Source: a candidate division FCPU426 bacterium (GTDB lineage Bacteria; Oederibacteriota; Muellerivitia; Muellerivitales; Muellerivitaceae). From it: a stretch of 64,000 nt of DNA. Positions 58,506-64,000 of this stretch are shown here, piece after piece. The translations under genes and the position numbers were made by a program. The notes under the pieces are model-generated. The model made no database searches and was not told where the DNA came from. It saw nothing but the letters and a program-made list of their open reading frames with translations. Position 1 is the first letter of the stretch, and each line of letters starts with the position of its first letter. The stretch lies in assembly GCA_963847625.1 (NCBI GenBank), contig CAWKAR010000022.1:23012-87011 (forward strand), read 5' to 3'.

Positions 58506-58571
58506 TGATTAGACAATTTTTTTCGTAAAAGTGTCGAGCGCAAAGACAATAATTTGTAAGGTTATTTGAAC

Positions 58572-58609
58572 AAAAAAAAAGCGGCCCGCCTTTTAGACGG
58601 GCCGCTTTT
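58572..58609 (-). terminator. intrinsic terminator
   Basis: AAAAGCGGCCCG/CGGGCCGCTTTT stem with long T-tract on minus strand, after the 58628 gene. Confidence 0.85.
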
Positions 58610-58627
58610 ATAAAACTGTTCAAACGA

Positions 58628-61600
58628 TCAATAGAACTCCACCGCATCAACAAGAGCGGTTCCGCCAGTCCAAGTTCCCGCGCCTCCCGCGCCGAATTGA
58701 ATCCCAAACTTCTGGACTTGTGTAACATCGCTAAATGGCGATGGGAAATCTAAGGCTGTCCAGGTGGCCGCGGTTAAATTGGTCCAAGTACCTGCTTGAT
58801 AGGCCCAACTTGCCCCGCTATTGGACCATATGAAAGAACCTGTTGGATTGGTGGATAAAGCAACATCTTCATAAACTTCAGCGCGAATTCCCGAAATGTT
58901 GTAAGAGGATAGATCTGTCGCGGAAGCGTATTGACAAAAGATATCGACGGTGTCATTTAATGCCCCGAAGGTAACTCCTGCGGCCAAACAACCCGCGCTT
59001 CCATCGTAGCCAGGCGCAAAAATGGATAATGCGCCAATTGCTGCAGATCCACTAAAGTCGGTTTGCCAGCCGGTTGGAACCGATCCACCGTCAAATTCGT
59101 AAGAGATGGCGGAAATCACGGGTAAAGGTGTTGAGGTAGGTGTAGGAGTGGGAGCACTTATGTTTATATTGACATCGTCAACATAAACATTTCCGGAAGC
59201 TCCGGCAGGGACGTTGCCCATCTGTAAACCAATAGCGGTAACAGCCGTGTCACTGGGGGAAACATTAATGGTTACCGGAACCCAACGAGCATCATCCGCT
59301 CCCTTGTTCATTTTATGCCAATTGCCATTCCAATTGGTGATTGCACTCAGATAAAAAGGCTGAATATCTGTGATCCAATCGGTTGAATTAACCAAGCTGG
59401 TATCCACCCAAACGTACATTGTGATTTGAGCACCAGACATGTTTTGGGGTGTGGCGTAGAGAAGCGTCAAGTTGATGTTCACGGAACTACTTGACGTGTT
59501 GTTGATATTGGTAAAGTAAGAATTCGTTCCGCTATGAGCTTCGGTCGAAGATAGACCGTGGGCTATAATGACGCTAGCCGGAGCGCCATTTGCGGGAAAT
59601 GGATACCAGCAATCCTCCGAGGTTTCAAACGTATAGGTTGATTGAATGCTGGGCGCCATGCAGTAGGGTTTAATAGTGACCGCGTCGATGTAGATATTGC
59701 CCGTAGCCCCCGGAGCGATTCCAGGAACCTGAAACCCAACCCGGGAAACATTATGGGTATCCACTTTACCGCCGGACCCAGAAGTCACCATGGTCATTTT
59801 AATCCACTGGCCACCGGTAATATTTGTCCATGACGTTTCCATAGGATAAGTAGCGCTTGTTCCACCCACAGCTGTTACGCTTTGGTCAAAGAGTTGGGCG
59901 CCGGTGTTGCCCAAACTGCCATCACAGTAAATATAGGCTTCAATCGTGCCGCCCTCGAAATCCTGGGCGGTACCATAGTCAACTTCCATTTGTAACGTCC
60001 CAGTATTTGTAGTGGATGGATTGGTTACGTTAATAGCCAAAGCTCCTGTACTGCCAATTTTATAATCCACTTGCGCCGTTGAAATGTTGATACTGTTTAC
60101 GTTCACATTCGTGCCGCCGTATGGATCCGAATGCCAACAATCCGTGCTGGTCGCGAAGGTGTAAGTTGTCTGGATAGAAGGCGCATAGCAGATAGCTGGG
60201 ACGGGGGTAGGTGTATTCAGCGCCTGTGCCGTCGCCTGGATAACCAGGTGGTAATCCCCGCTCGGCGCATTCTCCGAAAAGGCGTAAACCACCACTGTAT
60301 ATTGTTGGGCGGTCAAGCTCACCGTCTGTTGATCCAAGGGAGTGTTCCCGGCTGAACACGCCGCCAGGGTGCCTGTCGAATCGTACAGGTCGTATGCCGC
60401 GAGGACTTTGCCCGTCCCGTCGTCGAAGCAGTCCAGCGAGATCACAAAGTTACCCGCCGCCCCCGGTGTGAAGGTCCAGCTGTTGGTGTACTCGAAATTC
60501 CAGTCGATGTGGCCGGTTCCTACCGCGTCCGTCGTTACCGTCCCCAAGTCGGTGGTGCCAGTTCCTAGCGGCACCGGCACTGCCACGGGAGTCAGAGTGC
60601 AGGCAGGTTTAAAGGTGGTGAGACAAAGCGTGAAAGGCCCGAAGTCTCCCGCGGTGTTACCGTCCACGACCACATAATAGGTACCAGCCGGAAGAACTCC
60701 CGTTGCCAATGAGGAGGATGTGTTTCCGCAAGAGGCGGAATCATCGTCAAAAGCGATGGTGGTGTTAGGATCGGTCTCATTGGTCCGAACATATAGGACC
60801 GAGTCGAAATTGTTGCTGGTACAGAGACTGATAAACAGGTTCTGGGGGGCCAGGAGCGTGAACGAGTAGGCAATGTCTGGTGCCCCAGATCCGTAATTGA
60901 TAGAACCAATCGTTTCGCTGTGATGGTCGAGGAGATTGGTCGTATCGTCCGTTATGCAAGCCCCGTCGATATTGCCGGTAATGTCCGTAACGTTGGGAAT
61001 AGCTGTCTCTGTCGCCCGCACCTGCTGAGTCGCCGTGGCTTGTGCCTGTGCCGTTTGCGTGGCCTGCTCTTGATAGGTCGCTGTAGCAATGGCTACTTGC
61101 GTTTGAGTGGCCTGCTCTTGATAGGTCGCAGTTGGGATGGCTATTTGCGTTTGAGTGGCCTGCGCTTGATAGGTCGCTGTAGCTATGGCTACTTGCGTTT
61201 GAGTGGCCTGCTCTTGATAGGTCGCAGTTGGGATGGCTACTTGCGTTTCCGTGGCCTGCTCTTGATAGGTCGCAGTTGGGATGGCTACTTGCGTTTCCGT
61301 GGCCTGCTCTTGATAGGTCGCCGTAGCAATGGCTACTTGCGTTTGAGTGGCCTGCTCTTGATAGGTCGCAGTTGGGATGGCTACTTGCGTTTCCGTGGCC
61401 TGCTCTTGATAGGTCGCTGTAGCGATGGCTACTTGCGTTTGAGTGGCCTGCTCTTGATAGGTCGCAGTTGGGATGGCTATTTGCGTTTGCGTGGCCTGTG
61501 CTTGATTGGTCGCGGTAGCTATGGCTACTTGCGTTTGAGTGGCCTGCTCTTGATAGGTCGCAGTTGGGATGGCTACTTGCGTTTGCGTGGCCTGCGCTTG

Positions 61601-61996
61601 ATAGGTCGCAGTTGGGATGGCTACTTGCGTTTCCGTGGCCTGCTCTTGATAGGTCGCTGTAGCGATGGCTACTTGCGTTTGAGTGGCCTGCTCTTGATAG
61701 GTCGCAGTTGGGATGGCTACTTGCGTTTGCGTGGCCTGCGCTTGATAGGTCGCTGTAGCGATGGCTACTTGCGTTTGAGTGGCTTGTGCCTGCGCCGTCG
61801 CAGTCTGAATCACCTGCTGAGTCGCCGTGAGATTTGGCGTAGTGGTCGCCGTACTAGTGGTTGTTGGAGTAAAAGTTTTAGTGTCAGCAGGAGGGGGAGT
61901 AGTAGGGTTGGATTTAGAACCGCACCCTTGCCCGATCACCCAAGTCGCCATTAAAAGGATCAACGGCATGATCAAAATGAATTTTTTCGTCTCCAT
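58628..61996 (-). CDS. large surface lipoprotein: 16-aa repeat stalk, PPC-like and CBM-like domains
   Basis: SD GGAGG, lipobox GQGC; FDSVLYVR...LPAGTYYVVVDG; three jelly-roll-like modules ending IYIDAV, VYVDDV, LVDAV. Confidence 0.85.
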   Translation of the reverse strand: METKKFILIMPLILLMATWVIGQGCGSKSNPTTPPPADTKTFTPTTTSTATTTPNLTATQQVIQTATAQAQATQTQVAIATATYQAQATQTQVAIPTATYQEQATQTQVAIATATYQEQATETQVAIPTATYQAQATQTQVAIPTATYQEQATQTQVAIATATNQAQATQTQIAIPTATYQEQATQTQVAIATATYQEQATETQVAIPTATYQEQATQTQVAIATATYQEQATETQVAIPTATYQEQATETQVAIPTATYQEQATQTQVAIATATYQAQATQTQIAIPTATYQEQATQTQVAIATATYQEQATQTAQAQATATQQVRATETAIPNVTDITGNIDGACITDDTTNLLDHHSETIGSINYGSGAPDIAYSFTLLAPQNLFISLCTSNNFDSVLYVRTNETDPNTTIAFDDDSASCGNTSSSLATGVLPAGTYYVVVDGNTAGDFGPFTLCLTTFKPACTLTPVAVPVPLGTGTTDLGTVTTDAVGTGHIDWNFEYTNSWTFTPGAAGNFVISLDCFDDGTGKVLAAYDLYDSTGTLAACSAGNTPLDQQTVSLTAQQYTVVVYAFSENAPSGDYHLVIQATAQALNTPTPVPAICYAPSIQTTYTFATSTDCWHSDPYGGTNVNVNSINISTAQVDYKIGSTGALAINVTNPSTTNTGTLQMEVDYGTAQDFEGGTIEAYIYCDGSLGNTGAQLFDQSVTAVGGTSATYPMETSWTNITGGQWIKMTMVTSGSGGKVDTHNVSRVGFQVPGIAPGATGNIYIDAVTIKPYCMAPSIQSTYTFETSEDCWYPFPANGAPASVIIAHGLSSTEAHSGTNSYFTNINNTSSSSVNINLTLLYATPQNMSGAQITMYVWVDTSLVNSTDWITDIQPFYLSAITNWNGNWHKMNKGADDARWVPVTINVSPSDTAVTAIGLQMGNVPAGASGNVYVDDVNINISAPTPTPTSTPLPVISAISYEFDGGSVPTGWQTDFSGSAAIGALSIFAPGYDGSAGCLAAGVTFGALNDTVDIFCQYASATDLSSYNISGIRAEVYEDVALSTNPTGSFIWSNSGASWAYQAGTWTNLTAATWTALDFPSPFSDVTQVQKFGIQFGAGGAGTWTGGTALVDAVEFY
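61073..61792 (-). repeat. 15 tandem 48-bp coding repeats (Q[AE]QAT[QE]TQ[VI]AI[AP]TAT[YN])
   Basis: Directly visible period-48 repeat plus a partial 16th copy. Confidence 0.95.
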
Positions 61997-62138
61997 ATTT
62001 CCTCCAAGATTTATTAAATTAATTTTCAGCACAAAGCTATTTTGCCAGGGTGGTAGGTTAAACTAAATGAATTGACATGTCCAATAAAAAAAGCGTTTAA
62101 ATAAAGGGAAAATCGTTTCACTTAACGATAAATTTTTT

Positions 62139-63460
62139 CACAAGTGTCCGGTTAAAAACGCAGTAAAGACAATTGGTTTTCAGTGTTGGTGTTTTCTGAA
62201 ATGCAGGCGTCGTCTGAAAACGCTTGTAGTATAGGGGTTTTCTCAAAAAGGGTGACGCTCAAAATCTGTAGGATTGTGTAAAGGCTTAATTGAAGGCCGA
62301 GTTTTTTCTTGACGATGGCGACTAAGACATACACGCAAATAGCGATCCAAATTTGGGTTTTGACGGCATTGGATGATGTGCCAAAGAAAGCTTTGATGCG
62401 AAGATGCTGTTTGATCCACTTGAAGAAGAGTTCGACTTGCCATCTAGATTTGTAGAGTTGACAGATGGTCAAAGCTGGTAAGACGAAGTTATTGGTAAGA
62501 AAAACCAAGCGCTTACGGGTGATGGGGTCAACGAAGCCGATGCGGCGTAGGGGATGAGGATATTCCTTGAACTTATTCGGATCGGCCAAGACGACAGTCT
62601 GGTCGAACCGAAGGCCCAGAGATAAATTCACAGGGGCGGAATATCGCCGATAGAAGTTAAAATTGGACTTGGCACGTATGACAAAGAAGGAAAGGTTTTC
62701 GATGAGGCGGTTCAATCTGCTGAAATCCGTGTAGCCACGGTCGAGCATGTAGAAGGAGCCTGGTTCCAAGGGTAGGATGTCCAGCAAATGTACGTCATGC
62801 ACGGAAGCGTTGGAAACACAGGCAAAAGCGGGAATGTTGCTTCTGAGGTTGAGAAGGGTGTGTAGTTTGACGCCTGATTTCGTGGACCGAAAGCGCGCCC
62901 AAGGAAAGAGCGATAGGCATAGGTCGATGATGGTGGAGTCCAAGGCATAGGCGGCTTGGTTCAAGTCCACGCTAAAATCGTCATTGGTGTAAAGGGATTG
63001 GGCGGTTTTGATCAGGACTTGGGCGAAGTCGGCGTAGATACGCCAATCTCGCTTTTGGTTGGCGTCAGCCAGTGTAGCCCTGGCGACCCGTCCACGGATA
63101 CCTACGTGGTAAAGTTTGTTTTTGAAGGAACCCAGACAGGCTTCAATGTCGCGGAGACCTTCCCGGTAGGTAAGCTGGGCGAAAACCATGCAGAGGAATT
63201 GATCGAGACAGGAGAAGCTGCGGATCCTACGGTTGCCGTGGTAGCGATCAACGCATTTCTGAAACTCATGGCGGGGAAAGAAGTCCATCAACTGAGCAAA
63301 AACAGTACGTCCGGCATTCATAAGGAACCACCCTTTCTTGGATGAAAGGATGGTGAGGCAGGACGATTCAGTTCAAATCGAAAAAGGTCGTTTAGGCATG
63401 GAACAGATTACAGGCAAAGGCTTTTAGAGTTTTTGGAAGATCGTTAACCGGACACTAGTG
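62139..63460 (-). mobile_element. IS4-family insertion sequence, intact
   Basis: 17-bp IRs CACAAGTGTCCGGTTAA / TTAACCGGACACTAGTG (1 mismatch); 9-bp TSD AAATTTTTT at 62130-62138 and 63461-63469. Confidence 0.93.
62152..63321 (-). CDS. IS4-family DDE transposase (DUF4372 + DDE_Tnp_1)
   Basis: DSTII, KLH, DRGY, YKSRWQVELFFKWIKQ (YREK). Confidence 0.97.
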   Translation of the reverse strand: MNAGRTVFAQLMDFFPRHEFQKCVDRYHGNRRIRSFSCLDQFLCMVFAQLTYREGLRDIEACLGSFKNKLYHVGIRGRVARATLADANQKRDWRIYADFAQVLIKTAQSLYTNDDFSVDLNQAAYALDSTIIDLCLSLFPWARFRSTKSGVKLHTLLNLRSNIPAFACVSNASVHDVHLLDILPLEPGSFYMLDRGYTDFSRLNRLIENLSFFVIRAKSNFNFYRRYSAPVNLSLGLRFDQTVVLADPNKFKEYPHPLRRIGFVDPITRKRLVFLTNNFVLPALTICQLYKSRWQVELFFKWIKQHLRIKAFFGTSSNAVKTQIWIAICVYVLVAIVKKKLGLQLSLYTILQILSVTLFEKTPILQAFSDDACISENTNTENQLSLLRF

Positions 63461-63743
63461 AAATTTTTTAAAAATTTAACGCATTTTTTACACAAAAAGG
63501 CGAAAATTGTAAACCCCTGAAAAAACAGCGTATCCTTCAAGCGAAGCGCTTTTTTATGCCCAAAAACATTCCGATTTTTCCAACCTGAATGACGCAAAAA
63601 ATTAAAGGGTTCCCGGAATTTTCATGGTTTTTACCCTATTTTTATGGCAATTCAGAAGAATTTTAGTATCATGACGGCTTCCCAGGAGCCTTTCCGGGCT
63701 TGGGATGCAGTTAAATTTTAATTAGTAGAAAGGTAGTTGCAGC

Positions 63744-63944
63744 ATGGCACAAGGTACAGTCAAGTGGTTTAAGAACGAAAAAGGTTTTGGCTTCATTTCC
63801 CAAGACGGGGGAGAGGATGTGTTCGTCCATTTCTCCTCTATCCAAACAGATGGATATAAATCCCTCAACGAGGGAGACAGGGTGGAGTTTGAGGTTACCC
63901 AGGGACAGAAGGGGTTGAAGGCCGAAAACGTGCGCAAGATCTAA
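63744..63944 (+). CDS. cspA: cold-shock protein
   Basis: GTVKWF, KGFGFI, DVFVHFS RNP motifs. Confidence 0.96.
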   Translation: MAQGTVKWFKNEKGFGFISQDGGEDVFVHFSSIQTDGYKSLNEGDRVEFEVTQGQKGLKAENVRKI

Positions 63945-63958
63945 AGTCGAGCGGCGTC

Positions 63959-63994
63959 AAAAAAGCCTCCGGGGCAACCCCCGGGGGCTTTTTT
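63959..63994 (+). terminator. intrinsic terminator
   Basis: AAAAAAGCCTCCGGGG/CCCCGGGGGCTTTTTT hairpin plus T-tract after cspA. Confidence 0.88.
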
Positions 63995-64000
63995 ATTTTC

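Noticed and set aside
61073-61792. Possible CRISPR array
   Set aside because: No unique spacers, in-frame coding repeat, no cas genes
60920-61954. 344-aa plus-strand repetitive ORF (GYLRLSGLLLIGRS...)
   Set aside because: Antisense shadow of the 48-bp coding repeat
62030-62050. sigma54 promoter for the large lipoprotein (CTGGCA...TTTGT)
   Set aside because: GG-N10-GC spacing not satisfied

Overview
Chromosomal window from a diderm bacterium. The Pro/Thr-rich secreted proteins, PorV-like barrels and T9SS-CTD-like domains are reminiscent of FCPU426-type candidate phyla (inference only). 0.7-24.3 kb is a complete minus-strand dcw cluster (mraZ to ftsZ, followed by a deacetylase, an amidase and pgeF). 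It is unusual in carrying two STAS genes between mraZ and rsmH and short, translationally coupled linker ORFs that fill several intergenic gaps. 24.5-39 kb holds GT-C/GT2 glycosyltransferases, glpK, a HisN-like phosphatase, pfk, an FKBP, an lsrF-like operon and an ABC exporter. 39-55 kb holds two paralogous four-gene modules (ECF sigma, membrane anti-sigma with a FlgD/CTD-like domain, CTD-bearing secreted protein, PorV-like barrel fused to TPR). An exact bipartite ECF-type promoter motif precedes both one sigma gene and a Thr-rich lipoprotein gene. The same region has a SET-domain gene, queC/queE and a ~180-nt rod-like candidate ncRNA. 55-64 kb holds a clan GH-A hydrolase with a sigma54-type promoter, a lipoprotein with 15 x 16-aa repeats, an intact IS4 element with 9-bp target duplication, and a cold-shock gene. 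Four genes carry single-base frameshifts in short homopolymers, most likely assembly errors.
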